A DNA stretch of 64,000 bases from an uncultured virus (IMG/VR IMGVR_UViG_3300025131_007349) (taxonomy: Duplodnaviria; Heunggongvirae; Uroviricota; Caudoviricetes). The notes below the pieces were generated by a model, which saw nothing but the letters and a program-made list of their open reading frames with translations, ran no database searches and was not told where the DNA came from. The DNA lies in IMG/VR virus record IMGVR_UViG_3300025131_007349; one strand, 5' to 3'. Shown here in pieces: positions 43,701-54,200 of this stretch. Position 1 is the stretch's first letter; each line of letters begins with the position of its first letter. Position numbers and translations under genes: made by a program.

Positions 43701-46700
43701 TTATACTGTTAACGTACCATTAAATGGTCCTTATGAAGATTGTGATTGTTGTGAAATAACTCATGGTATAGTTAGTGGATGTGTAACAACAACTACAACA
43801 ATCTGGGACCCACCAAAAACAACAACCACAACAACGAATAGACCAACCACAACTACCACTACTCGTCCAGCAGAATGTTATGGTATTAAACCTTGTTGTT
43901 GTTTAACAGGTGAGACTTGGGCAATAGGTTCTACTGGACCTAGTGGTGGAATAGTATTCTATCATGACGGTGATGGGAATTATTTAGAAATGGCACCATA
44001 CGATATAAACGTATCAAACTATAATTTACCACAAAATATAATAGCTGCTGACGCAACTGATTCGGCTCACACCTATACAATATGGGGATGTATGAATCTT
44101 TACATAAGTGGAACATCGAGAGAAATATTTGATGGTAAAGACAATACATTAAGAATAAACAACGCATGTACACCGAATACTTACGGGTATCCTTGTTGTC
44201 CTTCATGTACTACTGATGTTAATTGGATTCAGACTAATCCTTGCAGTGGTAGTTCTATACCTTTTACTTATAATTGTGTTACGATACCAGGTGAAGGTGA
44301 TGGGCCAACCACTTTTAGTTGTACAAAAGAATATATAGGAACAGATGTGTGGCCAAATCCTGGAAGTAATTTAGATGCTTCTAATATAACTCTTCATAGT
44401 GCAGCTCATATATGTTCAACATTCTCTTATAGTGGAAATTCAGATTGGTATTTACCTACCATTAAAGAAATGAATGAAATGTATAATAATCTTGTTGGTG
44501 CTACGGGTGGTCAAACATTAGGGTTGGCAAATCCTCTTGTAGCGGGACCACCAAACGAAACTTTTTATTCTACCTATAATTTTGCTGAAGGAGGACACTA
44601 TTGGACTTCTAGTGAATGTGATGCTAGTAGAGTAGAACATTTCCCAATGTTTAATGCGTTTAATAACATATATTTAAGTTTAGGTATTTCTGATGGACCT
44701 AATTATCCTACAGGAACACCATGTTCAGGAATAGATTCTATATTCCCAGAATTATTTGCTTCTGAGTTACACAGTAAATCTCTTATACCTTATCCTGATA
44801 CCGATAATAATATTATACAAGGTAGTCCAAAATATATTAGACCAGTTAGAAAATTTACAAGTAGTAATCTTTTTTGTTCTGGTTGTACTAAAACAGATTT
44901 AAGTTTTATGCCCCTAGGTCAAGTATTCTACGATTTAGCAACTAATATGTGTTATGAAAGAATAGCTATTCCTGGGCCAGACCTTTACACTATAGCTGTG
45001 GTGCCATCAGTATTCTATGATGAATGTGAAGGGGGTGGTGGAAATCCAGGATGTTTAGATGTTCACAAAGTTATTTGTACAACTACAACACATCCTCCAG
45101 TAACAACAACAACTACCGCATGGTCAGCTACTACGACCACTACAACAGCAAGATACGGAACCACAACCACAACAACCACATGTCAAGGTTTATCGGCTTG
45201 TTGCCCAACTGACACATATATGTTTGCAAGATGGTGTGGAGACCCGGCTTATTCAGGAGCTAACTTAAATGCATATAATGTATTCTACGACACTCTTACA
45301 AATACATGTTGGGAAACGATAGATTTAGAAATAGGTCCAGTAATCAGTATTAATTACCCACCGATGCCTATGTTTGATTGTGAGGGATGTAATCTGCTAA
45401 CTAATAATTGTACCACAACCACAACAACCACATGTCTACCTTTTGCTATTTCTGCTTGTTGTGAAGAGTATGTATTCTCATTAACAGCTTGTACTGGTGA
45501 TTTGACTTATCCATATGACCAAACTAATATATATGAAGGTCAAGGATTATTTGGGACAATTGGTGGGGTGGAACAATGCTATGTAGTTGTTCCTCATCAA
45601 CCGGTAGCACCACAAGTAGCGGCTGGATTTACCTATAGTTTCTGGTGTACAGACACAGTAGCAGCAGGAGACCCACCGTGTAAATGTTCTGGATGTACTG
45701 ACACTACTTTAACTTATACCGGAGGAACTGCATATCCTTGTGACCCAACAACTACAACCACAACTCAAAGATGTGATAATTGTATATGTTTATCTGGTAT
45801 CTCTCACTCAGAGATATTTTATACTGGACAAACCACATCCACTCTTGATGATGTATGTTTAACATCAGCTGACGGTACGTATTGTTTAGAAGAAGTTGTA
45901 ACAGCTGCGGGGAGTACTTGGTTATATTACAACCAAAACAATTGTCAAGCTATAGGATATTACCAGATAGTTCCATTCCAATATAGTTTTGTAGCACCAA
46001 ATTGGGAAATCTCATCATGGGTGGTACAATGGTGTGATAATCTTTTTTGTACAGGATGGAACAACCCATACCAAATAGCGACAGCTTCAACTATTGTTAA
46101 TACGTCAATACCAGCAACTAACCCAGCATGGGATATGGGCCAAACCGTATGGGAATACATAGATAACCAAGCAGGACCTATATCGGTAAATCCTCGTAAC
46201 CTATCTGTACAAGACCCATGTTACAATTATTCTGGTACAAGTCATACGGGTTGTTGTACTTCGTATGGGTTAATGACATGTTGTTATGACCCACTAGACC
46301 CTTATTGGGGAGAAGACCTATGTTGTAATGACAACCAACAATGGTTTAATACTGTTTATGATATACCTACTTTATTTAGTGGTACGTCATCCAATCCAAG
46401 CCTCATTCCAACAAGTGTTATACATATACAATGTCCTGATATGTGTCTTACTATTAGTGACGAAAATTATCAATCATGGGAACCAGTACCATGTGCACCG
46501 TTTTTAAATTTACGTAGTGTAGACTTGTCTTGGTCGATAACCAACCCTAACCCTTGTCTAGAATGTAAACATTTGGTTAATGACCCATGTGATTGTGTAA
46601 CATCAACAACTACGATTCCAGCTACTACGACTACAACTACTGGTCCAGTAACAACAACGACAACCACTTCCGGCCCATTAGGGTTAGAAGATTGTTGTGA

Positions 46701-48201
46701 CCCAAACATACAATATGTAGCAGCGGGAGCACTTTATACACTTCTTTCATCAATGATTGTAGGGCAAGCCTTTACTAGTACTATAGCTCCTTGTGATTGT
46801 TTTGGGTGTTGGAAAATAATAAATAACCCAGTTGGTCCAGTACAAACTTGGAGTAGTTCACCTTCTTTTGTGTCTTCATCATGTGCAGCGTTAAATACAG
46901 CTACAAATTATCGGGTATGTTGTCCAGTAAGCACAACCACTACTACAGTATATGGTACAACTACTACCACAACACATCAAACTCTAGGAGTTAAACAATG
47001 TTGTGACCCTTATACCGAATATATAGCTACAGGTGTTATATTAACTTGGTTAACTACTAATTTACTAATAGGTGAGGTGGTATATGGTGATATTATCACA
47101 GCACCATTTTCACTCCAGTCCGGATGTTGGGAGTTTATAGCAAACACGACCGGCCCGGGTACAGCTGTTTCTATATCACCGACCAATACCTATTCATCTC
47201 CATTCCCATGTTCAGCATGTACCACTATTAATGAAACTGCTGCGTGTACTACTACAACCACAAGTCCAGGTATAATAGGTATTGAGGCTTGTTGTCCAGA
47301 CCTACTTACCGGTGCATTTGACCAATATGTAGCGGGAGGGGCATTTGAAATATATCTTAATGGTCTAACTATAGGTCAAGCATTCGAAATTACATTTAAT
47401 ATTCCTGGGGTTGGAGATATTACTGGATGTTATAAAATTATAAGTAACCCTATCGGTTTAACAGTAACAGTTTTTGTGACCCCAACAAGTGTATACCATA
47501 ATTGTAATGCGTTAGAAGCTGCTATACACTTTAGATGTTGTGAACAGCCACCAACAACTACAACTACAACAGTATCAGAAATGTCAATAGTAAAACATTG
47601 TTGTACTGGGGATGTTTATGAATTAGTAGGTGATGCCGGTGCTTTAAGTAGCGTGGCTGGACTTAATAATAATGACACATTTAGATTAGTGGGGATTGGT
47701 CCTCCATTTGATGGTATGGCTTGTTGTTTCCATAAATGTGATGGTTGTGCCCCTATTGTAGGGCCAATTACTGGTACCTTCCTCTACCCTATTTGGGCAG
47801 CGACCCCAGGTCCTCAGTGTGATGTTTGTCATCGATTCGGACAATCAGATGGATGTTGTCCAACTACAACAACCACAACTATGGTGAGAGCTGGGTTAGG
47901 GCTAGAAGCGTGTTGTGAAACTTATCCTGGGTCTTCGATATACATACAATATGTGCCTATTGGAACATTACTTAGTAACATAGGGGCTTTAACTTTAGGG
48001 ACAGCACATTTATTTGTACTTAATGGTACTCCGGTGTGTGCAACGGTAATTAATAACCCAATTGGTCTTAATGTTACAGGAAGTATAGTACAATCACCAC
48101 CAACAGATATGGATTGCCACGACCTTATCACATGGATGCCTCCATCATTGATGCAATGTTGTCCGGTAACAACAACTACGACATGTACACCCATAAACTA
48201 A
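34705..48201 (+). CDS. Giant 4498-aa Cys-rich poly-Thr modular protein (propeller-like, vWA-like and two DUF1566-like domains)
   Basis: Uninterrupted 13.5-kb ORF with many T5-T8 tracts. Carries YVFYDGSPS (MIDAS-like), two GGI(I/V)F...DW(F/Y)xP...YW..SSE...RP(I/V)R domains and repeated GxExCC modules. Confidence 0.85.
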   Translation: MPSPNFSAYTIQSLSVFGPNVWKYDLYQWNFAPLGSTPPLIPRTEVGTTESIHSSYSGPQFNMNPYYGMTQKNGKLYGFGAENNTSQYQWPGQIFQIDQDWGGRAKTIYSGLTGVLPFGFQVCNVGGFAYDKANDCFTLLKGTTMLHTTPPPLPNPYFANGERYLHTWGVSHTFATPQLPFYSGVTCLLETAIGLAYRNSELYAVAYISGMTPGLTFQHINTNSGINTILSYSPLSVDSVINVSTQGWGGGDLTYDEVGDNFYFLSHNGTAKIDPQFYTWEVVPSTATTQQYWGGVSSFEIGGFEIIEPSVTTTTTLCTEIYSVEVSPDYLNATISLCDSACTNCDIVYVSGCTAPVFGWCTADTTCFDLTLECCKTYCIEVSAPGDNCSYTEYVTSSCPSTTTTTTYTPPEPTTTTTTTECVCVYPVEYFNGTLSGITYLGDTLEGTYCNDDFAPFIYNHISNPINSILTHGILIKQTAWGSLPISNNWWSLIRDIGASNYLLVGTGSTLTTVYKGIPPLVDDFLVVTGQCECTTTTTLDPSLTTTTTLDPSLTTTTTLDPAFTTTTTTTLHPCDFGPVPLTGDCPTTTTTTVPPTTTTTTADPCDFGIIPLTGDCVTSTTTLGPRTTTTTTIPCCYECCLITGDWEIINTGTTGNNSFYSIHKTSPHNQATLPIALKDPTMWGALPHMFFQGFAKRTTNNFLYGAFLEHKFDNACNGTFRYDLHIYQVNPNTGSGALAQTYTGYDACTNGGGIRTDELGEGCLGYDSLNDKLIFIPYNNTVHPVYQIQPWVNGNVTYLGDFTVMGSTPNQYAHMSGLSNIPGTNSFYCYLDECSFTPTPPGGTVNCNSTGGYVCGFDTTTLNSSILPLPINPLPNSSIAAGLLYDCDDLYIVRRMPSCSGCTPQQYTNTWIDNNDTLPGNCSSNVLPPCAPGGSDWYFGYSYLAMVFDQQDKDGNIVTIDMLTGDTSCPFIFTITDPATGTFIGQWEYDIAMDGNYPLADGTGTGGCVPIPWPVGFTNTFCLPIAPTTPPCSLSLIFTNPNPSNNPVNLPNPSSDYEVKVEYGGMGTACNSQYTETWIDGSMTNSGQFVSQGIYDVGVWPNPAGVGTAKDQVMGAEYMVLFMSRQSQSGQVFNGDNFTASTNPWNITVYHPNGSGTIIGSWEYDLVRYPTGPGYPVALCDATPPVQCVWSCQNGMQGCIAGAPLLGIYTPLFEDSYAFWFKNPVPSNNVIDLSVYGPLSEHFNDMVISWGENSCCSGGTENLVLTKYTLPSGPLTNTVLGTISGVTALAGLECAGDFCETPENPCPTTTTTTIPVSTTTTTDPCAPSTTTTTTTEGPPTTTTTTYYSSTTTTTLLVPCDCECPPNPPSQCPCIFSGTNIYVFYDGSPSFSVSANQIANNVVLPWFNQFIAPLAGYVGCLYQATTPFPTQATAESWLRFSRYPWEGTNAFIPTPISSVPGGCASGLDMPIAPALNDPNAVVISFVNESAVMYQDYPWPAFCNAPSGDGTLIPPNNCSDWRTNQPQSWPTSGGALRVVPTHEYLKDFDSFMNTYNNGIWDQIYGTPGNNGSFNSFVYTLPVNVVPWNERLTELNAYAAVEGRVVAPVDFVDIGMANNGGGLYTFSAIKQTNPYCEHECFWDAGYGPGHTPEGRCLSGLTHFGFVSVHSHEYLLSNWLGSTQNNNIGIATLSATVCFNTACTSGITVEECCITGLTAEQWIVDNPSVVSGLIFGETFNDLDHNACYKVIAPPNPPPTNGITLNPQSPTFGNDNCGECMAAGAYCEPTTTTTTKIYHTTTTTSTTIRRIWGVERCCCPTGETVTILTATTVATPINFENGGARTQSMSFADIMDNSVVLNQANPQVVFVTTTTTFPFPHDITLHFYKSCHPTPGCPHSTLDGTPFCWLWEDTQGNAPMTLPYNMAGAQGIPPSLSSALGIMNMSIQLWMHLGSPNVGDLFEIDRELQGSLCWNGHVNNCYEYMGTETRTWPTDPWFTTPTSPPSGFSIFWLLTGWWLGNMSPGCCSPSPSTTGIPCTFSINTFTRGPNLPDCTSCCSQIVPLRNRTFHIWEECVINGYFPFASQPFPPGLHITYDGIPGAIATWDYTTATGLDDVEHNSNLFYNWVGAPGLGEVVTIHEAPPGTIMNSLTLCLKYMGPVTTSAVPWTQQAWHVTALMPWSTGGTNSDCCVCTNLQANTAQSLQSYLPIPTLTNIMGSQLNIDSRKIPVGPPTTAYYEPTRGAKILNGWEDISVHGLAYLVKVWTKNGDQYIAESDATSCAYIDKKAFSTPPTTPTTTYFEQPTTTTTTYFGQTTTTTTYYPATTTTTYYPATTTTTYFVQPATTTTTYFVQPTTTTTYFGQTTTTTTYAIPTGGPLSNFVGNGLDGTASNAPRRGDFINLYQDNAYGFQSIEILDIVDQSEYESGKVKCSGQRLIISSDIEPIPLFARFRNLEVSLSQSPILSTTTTIYQIPPSHMWETCWVEESDYTPNWFTLLNLVGKTWGVEYYASPNYIGSACYDWVANPSTTPSSNFIANSNDFYQYMGAPSIGETVRLCYWHDNVDFNTYTSNNQPTRIPGMACGCLRYMGVGVPNFYSHLRCEVTNSNMGTTCSDCDIPMNTAASFGGSLTNKGITWDNVITNTGLNSCCCTNEYNTGVDCMPPRTYPNPCSGYTYTDLSGIPSGGTWYDATSGECFTHIADPGLTYFDFTAPVPNPGGYYLDCEECHDMNEIICDPTTTTTTRPREVWGIKPCCCDEKDMVGTVPNVGDTGEAGGIIFHVDSINNTIYEVAPKALEIGGWGMRWGCWGTNVLSNPTLGTSIGMGKTNTNEIFATACSDPCPWKPYLQSLTVTTPNGIQYQDWFAPSYGEWLKLWFNIGPGQSASSPLYNLADIDDLKPFSGATPQPPYWITSSENPNNPTYDTINIGLDGANQVLNGLNWYNDMGDLQKNFPFFWLRPIRSYNYQACSGYTTTDISLVPIGNTWYDPLSNECYERIAYPGPINYTVNVPLNGPYEDCDCCEITHGIVSGCVTTTTTIWDPPKTTTTTTNRPTTTTTTRPAECYGIKPCCCLTGETWAIGSTGPSGGIVFYHDGDGNYLEMAPYDINVSNYNLPQNIIAADATDSAHTYTIWGCMNLYISGTSREIFDGKDNTLRINNACTPNTYGYPCCPSCTTDVNWIQTNPCSGSSIPFTYNCVTIPGEGDGPTTFSCTKEYIGTDVWPNPGSNLDASNITLHSAAHICSTFSYSGNSDWYLPTIKEMNEMYNNLVGATGGQTLGLANPLVAGPPNETFYSTYNFAEGGHYWTSSECDASRVEHFPMFNAFNNIYLSLGISDGPNYPTGTPCSGIDSIFPELFASELHSKSLIPYPDTDNNIIQGSPKYIRPVRKFTSSNLFCSGCTKTDLSFMPLGQVFYDLATNMCYERIAIPGPDLYTIAVVPSVFYDECEGGGGNPGCLDVHKVICTTTTHPPVTTTTTAWSATTTTTTARYGTTTTTTTCQGLSACCPTDTYMFARWCGDPAYSGANLNAYNVFYDTLTNTCWETIDLEIGPVISINYPPMPMFDCEGCNLLTNNCTTTTTTTCLPFAISACCEEYVFSLTACTGDLTYPYDQTNIYEGQGLFGTIGGVEQCYVVVPHQPVAPQVAAGFTYSFWCTDTVAAGDPPCKCSGCTDTTLTYTGGTAYPCDPTTTTTTQRCDNCICLSGISHSEIFYTGQTTSTLDDVCLTSADGTYCLEEVVTAAGSTWLYYNQNNCQAIGYYQIVPFQYSFVAPNWEISSWVVQWCDNLFCTGWNNPYQIATASTIVNTSIPATNPAWDMGQTVWEYIDNQAGPISVNPRNLSVQDPCYNYSGTSHTGCCTSYGLMTCCYDPLDPYWGEDLCCNDNQQWFNTVYDIPTLFSGTSSNPSLIPTSVIHIQCPDMCLTISDENYQSWEPVPCAPFLNLRSVDLSWSITNPNPCLECKHLVNDPCDCVTSTTTIPATTTTTTGPVTTTTTTSGPLGLEDCCDPNIQYVAAGALYTLLSSMIVGQAFTSTIAPCDCFGCWKIINNPVGPVQTWSSSPSFVSSSCAALNTATNYRVCCPVSTTTTTVYGTTTTTTHQTLGVKQCCDPYTEYIATGVILTWLTTNLLIGEVVYGDIITAPFSLQSGCWEFIANTTGPGTAVSISPTNTYSSPFPCSACTTINETAACTTTTTSPGIIGIEACCPDLLTGAFDQYVAGGAFEIYLNGLTIGQAFEITFNIPGVGDITGCYKIISNPIGLTVTVFVTPTSVYHNCNALEAAIHFRCCEQPPTTTTTTVSEMSIVKHCCTGDVYELVGDAGALSSVAGLNNNDTFRLVGIGPPFDGMACCFHKCDGCAPIVGPITGTFLYPIWAATPGPQCDVCHRFGQSDGCCPTTTTTTMVRAGLGLEACCETYPGSSIYIQYVPIGTLLSNIGALTLGTAHLFVLNGTPVCATVINNPIGLNVTGSIVQSPPTDMDCHDLITWMPPSLMQCCPVTTTTTCTPIN
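36307..36396 (+). repeat. 30-bp coding tandem repeat, 3 copies (TTTTTLDPSL)
   Basis: Near-perfect copies of ac(a/t)ac..ac.ac.acgac(a)ttagacccgtctctt; the third copy is more diverged (LDPAF). Confidence 0.85.
41572..41805 (+). repeat. Coding tandem repeats TTTTT-Y(F/Y)-(xQ)P(A)
   Basis: Repeated ccagctaccacaacaacgacctac/tat units of about 27-33 bp. Confidence 0.8.
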
Positions 48202-48214
48202 TCGTTATGATAGG

Positions 48215-48221
48215 TATTTAT
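48215..48221 (+). promoter_or_regulatory. TATTTAT putative late-promoter motif
   Basis: Intergenic, 16 nt before ATG 48238. Confidence 0.6.
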
Positions 48222-48237
48222 TACTAAATGATAAATT

Positions 48238-51200
48238 ATGGCGTATCACAAATATATAGCGTGTTTTAGTAATGTTCCTTTTACAATACCTACGCCTTAC
48301 GATTGTAATATTGGTAAATTAACTGGTGGTATACCAGGAAATACTACTGCAAATAATCAAAATTTTGTTACCCATTATTATAATCAATCTGGTGGTTTTG
48401 TATTAGTGCCAGGAACTTTTATTAGGTTATATGACGCATTTTACCCAAACACCTATACTTGTTATGAATATCTAGGTACAAGTCTTACACCGGAAGTACT
48501 TTATGTTGAATTTCTTGGTGCCCATTCTTTACAAAATTCTGGTTATCTTGTTGAACCATATGGTGATTGTAGCACATGTGAGATTGACCCATCCATTTTC
48601 GCTTACAACCATTCTTGGCGTTATTGTGATAATTCAATCGCTTTTAATCCAGTACCAGTAGTACCTATAATAGGTTCATGTTTTTTACCAAATACTGAGA
48701 CAAATATTCAGATAGCTCAAAACCAATTAACTGCTGCTCTAGGGCCTATAAGTATTGGGGACGTAGTACAATTATCTGATGGGACATGTATGTACTATGA
48801 AGGGAATCAACTCAGACCAACCAGTTATGATATTGATGCAAGTAATAATCCAGGTAGTGGAAATTGGCATGCAGGATACGCTCCTGGGAGTTGTGGAAAT
48901 GCTTTTGGAACACCACCAACAAGAGGATTAATTGGTAGTATTGGTGATTGTCAACAGTGCCCTGCAGTTATTACTACAACTACCTTAACTACTATAGCCC
49001 CTATAACCACCACAACAACAACATGTTATAATTGTTGTACCACCACAACTACTAGTGGACCTTGTCAAACATGTGGTATAGAATCTTGTTGCGACCCATC
49101 AATACAATATCTCGCTACTGGTAATTTATTAATTTTACTGAATATATTGCAATGTAATTCTACTTACGCCTTATTTTTACCACAATTATTCGTTGGTGGT
49201 AATGTAATATATGATGAATGTTGGAAACCACTTTGTAACCCCCCACAAAATCTACAGATAGCTACTACCACCGCAACATATGCATATTTAACTTCGAATG
49301 GTTATATAAATGCATTGGGTTGTGCAGGGTTAAGTTCGACACTACCAATTCCTTGTTGCCCAGTTACTACCACAACAACTTATTATCCAGCTACGACCAC
49401 AACAACTTATTCCCCAACGACTACAACTACAACCTATACCCCAGTTTCAACAACAACTACTGTATGGTACGAGTGTATAGCATCATCCCTAGTAACTATA
49501 GGAAATGGCTCAACTTGTGACAATAAAATTAAGTTACCATATGTTCATGGATATGCAGGAGGTATTGGAAGTGGAAACTTTATAGCTGATGAAATAATAG
49601 CGGGTAATATACCTGCCACTGCTAATTTTAGTGATTATTATGTGGAGGGTGTTAACCCTAATTCAAATTATTGCATCAACGGCAATAGTTACACAATGTA
49701 TGTAACCGCGTGGCCTCAATATCTTGGGCCTCATACACCACAACCTTTTGATTTATGTTGTTGGTTAGCCGTCCCACCTCTTTCTCCACCTCTTAATGTT
49801 ATAACACATGTTATGGGTATAATTACTACTGGTGTGATGTGTTGGCCTTATAATAATTTATATACAAGTGGTGCGGGTGCTACTCCGACAATATATCCTA
49901 CTTGGGCAGCATTTATAGATTATCTAAATCAAACTAATACCATTAATTCGCTCCCAGCAAGCTATACCTATACAATGCCAAGAGCTACAGTAGTTGGAGA
50001 TATGTGCACATATTCCATTCCATTTAACACCGGGCCAAACCCAACTTGTAATGATGTTTTTGATTATGCTCAGTCATATTGTGAGTGTTCATCACTACCA
50101 TGTTATTGTGTGCCATGTTATACTCCTGGTACATCACCTTGCATATATAATAATTTTACTGCGTGTGATACAGCGGCAAACCCACCTGGTGGCGGGCCAT
50201 GTTGTGAACCAGCCTCAACAACAACTTCAACAACCCCACCAACAACCACAACTACCACAACATTAGCTATAGGCTTAGAATTGTGTTGCCCAACATATGA
50301 CCAATACATAGTACCTAGTGGGAATTTTCTATATACCCTAATACAAGGATTAACTATTAATTCTGCTCATCTTTTTTCAATAACTTTACCTAATGGTAAT
50401 GATGTGGAGGCGTGTGTTAAAGTAATCAATAATCCAAACCCTTCAAATGTAATAACTAATGGTATGTTACTAGCATCACCAAGTACTGATATGGATTGTT
50501 ATAGTTGGAATAACGATTTAGATATAAATAATGGTTATGGTTATACGGCTTTTGAAGATGGATGTTGTACTCTTGAGGATTGGCATGAATGTATTACACC
50601 AGCACCACTAATTCCTGGTATAAGTGCAACAAATGGATGTGAGGTGGGGGACACTTATGTTATACCACCACTTGTTAATTTAATTAATAATTTGTTTGAG
50701 AACCATATCGCTTTCATTGATTATGTGGTTAGTACTTTTGGTAACGCTATGACTTTAAGTGATTACTTCTATATTAATCCTACGTCTTATTACTACGTAT
50801 ATTCGTGTTATAATTATAGTGGTCTATATGGTGGAACTGGACCTGGGACTGGTGGAGTCTATATGACTGTCGACAGTATTATACATGCCCCAGGGAATAC
50901 TATCTACATATTCGTTACCCCATACCCTACAACATGGCAAGAACTTATAGATGCATTAAATGTTATAAATGCAGCAAATTCTTGGGTACAAGATTTTTCA
51001 TATAGTGAAAATTGGGCTCAGACCTTAACAAGAATTATAAATAACGTCCCAGGGGATACATTATTGGTAAATTCTCTAGATTGTCATTGTTTTAATCCTT
51101 GCTATTGCCAACCATGTACCCCACCTGCACCAAACTGTATTTACAGTACTTATGCTTTATGTGATGTAGCAGCTAATGCGATACCATGTTGTGACCCCAC

Positions 51201-54200
51201 AACCACCACTACAACAGTATATTGTGATAGATTAGGTATAGAAGATTGCTGTACCCACATTGTATATTTGGTTGCACCTACCACCCCTCTATATGTTATA
51301 ATATCTAACCCTATATATCTGAACATGGTGTTAGCTCTAGAAATAGTACTTCCTAATGGACAACTCCTTATTTCTTGTTTTGAGGTTATAGATACGGCTT
51401 GCCCTCCAGACCCTGTGGTTACTGGAGGATGGACAACACCTATATTACCACATCTACCCACATGTACACAATGTTTGGCTATGATTGCTGCCCAGCTCCA
51501 GATTGATTGTGTAACAACAACTACAACACAATGGTGGGAATGTGTTCGGGGCCATGTACCAGTTCCTGGGGTAGACGCAATATACTGTGATTCTAGTCAC
51601 ACTTATTTTCAACCAGCAAGTATCTCAACAGCAAATGGATGGGACATAAATAGGCAGATTTTTATAAATAACGTGGCTAGTACATTTGGGCAAACAGCAC
51701 TGTTTTCAAATTACTTCTACATCAATCCCATTGTAGGCCCAACGACACCAAACAATGTTTGTGTAAATACTGACCCAAACTTATTTAATGGTGTGGGGGA
51801 ATATCAGACGGTAGTTGGTTTTGTTGGAATGGGCACAAACACATATTATGTATTAACAGGACCAGTAACAACTAATGCTAATTGGCAAATGTTAATAGAT
51901 GCATTAAATGCTATAAATGCAGCAAATGGATGGGCACAAAATTTTCTTTATACGGACTCTTTTGGCGACATCCAGTACAAAATACTTCAACATCTAATCG
52001 TGCTTCCCGGAAACCCAATGGAGGCTATTTTGCTTGTATCAGCGTATTGTATGTGTACCGTTACGTGTATTTGTCAAGTATGTAGTTCAGGGCCTAACTG
52101 TATCTATACTAATGAACCAGATTGTTTACTATCGGCTAACGCAACACCATGTTGTATAACAACAACATATGCTCCACTAACAACAACTACAACTACTAGT
52201 AATTTAGTTGGTCTTAAATTATGTTGTGAACCTTATACTCAATATGAAGTAATTTATAATAGTTCACTTTATAATCTTATAGACTATAGTCTTCCACCAT
52301 TTACTAGAGCGTTTGTAATGACAATAACATTACCTAATGGGACAGACCTTACAGCTTGTATGCAGATGGATATGAATATACCTTTAGCTTCCCCTCAAGT
52401 ACAAGCGGGTCAGTTTGAATGGCTTTTTAGTCCTACTTACTATTATTCTAATTGTTTAGAGCTAGATTTAAACGCCCCAATGAATAGTGGTTATGGTTTT
52501 CAACAATTTTTGTATGGTTGTTGCCAACCTACTACGACTACAACTACATCAGCACCATTAGGAGTAGAAGAATGTTGTTCACCTTTTACTCAGTATGTAG
52601 CTACAGGCCCGCTATTATCATATTTCTCTACTTTCAGTGTAGGTGAAGCATTTTATGGTGCTCTAAGTGGCCCATCAACAGCCACCCCTTATATTTGTTT
52701 TAAAATTATAACTAATCCTGCGGGTCTTATAGTAAATTCAGCAGTAGGATATGGTCCAAAAGATAGTTGTACAGATATAGATACGTATATTATAAATGCA
52801 GGATTTGATGCTTGTTGCCCAACTACGACAACAACAACCTACCCTCCAACTACTACCACAACCACAGTCCTATGTGATTCATGCGGTGTACTATTTGTAG
52901 ATGATTCAAATCCACCAAACGTTTACAATTATAACCATACGGCAAATCAGGTTAATTTATTATTTACAGCGACACAAAATCTAGGATATAGTGCAGATAT
53001 AGCAAGGTACGGCAATCTAATATGGGTGTACTATGGTGTAAAAATTCAAGAATATGTTATAGACCCTGTTACTTGTATTGTTAACTGGGTAAGAGAGATT
53101 ACACTTCCAGCACCAATAGGTAATGGTTTAGCGGCTATAACTTCTACTGATTTAATTGGTGGTAGTGATTGGAATATTAGTTGGGGGTATATTAATAGTA
53201 TAGATATAACTACTAACACAGCTGTACTATCTGGTTCTATTACTTTAGGAGCTGGAGAATATGTCGCGGGTGATTTATTATACTTAGCTGGGACTAATAC
53301 ATTAATAGTCGCTTTAAGTACAAATACCGGAGCTAAATTAGCTTATTATGATTTGGTTAGTGGAGCACTAATAGCGAATATAGGTGGAAGTTTAACTTGG
53401 GGATTATATTGTTATAACCAAAACATTTATGGTGTTACTAATACTAAAGACATTTACCAAATATATGTAACTTCTAGTTCAATAAGCGCTGGTTCACCAC
53501 TTCAGACCCTACCTAACCCACCATCATATGTTTGGGGCGCAGCTTCAGACCCAGACTGTTGTATACAACAAGTCACTACCACAACCACGACTAATGTAGT
53601 CTCACTAGGGGTTGAATTATGTTGTGTTCCATATACACAATATGTAGCAGGAGGTTCTTTATTAACGTATATAGCAACGTTAAATATTGGAGATGCTTTT
53701 GCTGGTAATTTTAATATTGGTAATACGGATAATATTAAATGTATGAAAGTTGTATCTAATCCAGTAGGAACATTAATAAATCAATTTATTCTCATTTGTA
53801 ATCCTCATCCGATGACTTGTGACGCGTTAAATACTCACTTAATTAATTATATTCCACCTGGTCACGGCCATGTAGAGTTAGAACATGGATGTTGTCCATC
53901 AATTACAACTACAACAACAGAATATGTACTAACTAACAGGTGGATTAGAGCGTGTTGTCCAGAACAATTAGGAGGTAGTTACTATATAGAATTTGCTGCA
54001 CTACCAGGAAGTAATCTAGAGGGGATATTAAACAGTACAGCTTTAGGTGTAGCAATAGAATTAACGGTAACACCACAAGGTGGGATGCAAAGACCATCAC
54101 AATGCTATAGAGTAACAGACGTAAATACATCACCGTACAATCTAGCTGATGGATTCTCAATGTTACAACAAAGTTATAATAATTGTGTTGATTGTACAAA

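Noticed and set aside
42990..44860. Diversity-generating retroelement targeting the DUF1566-like domains
   Set aside because: No reverse transcriptase and no near-identical TR/VR pair were seen in the window; the two domains are diverged throughout.
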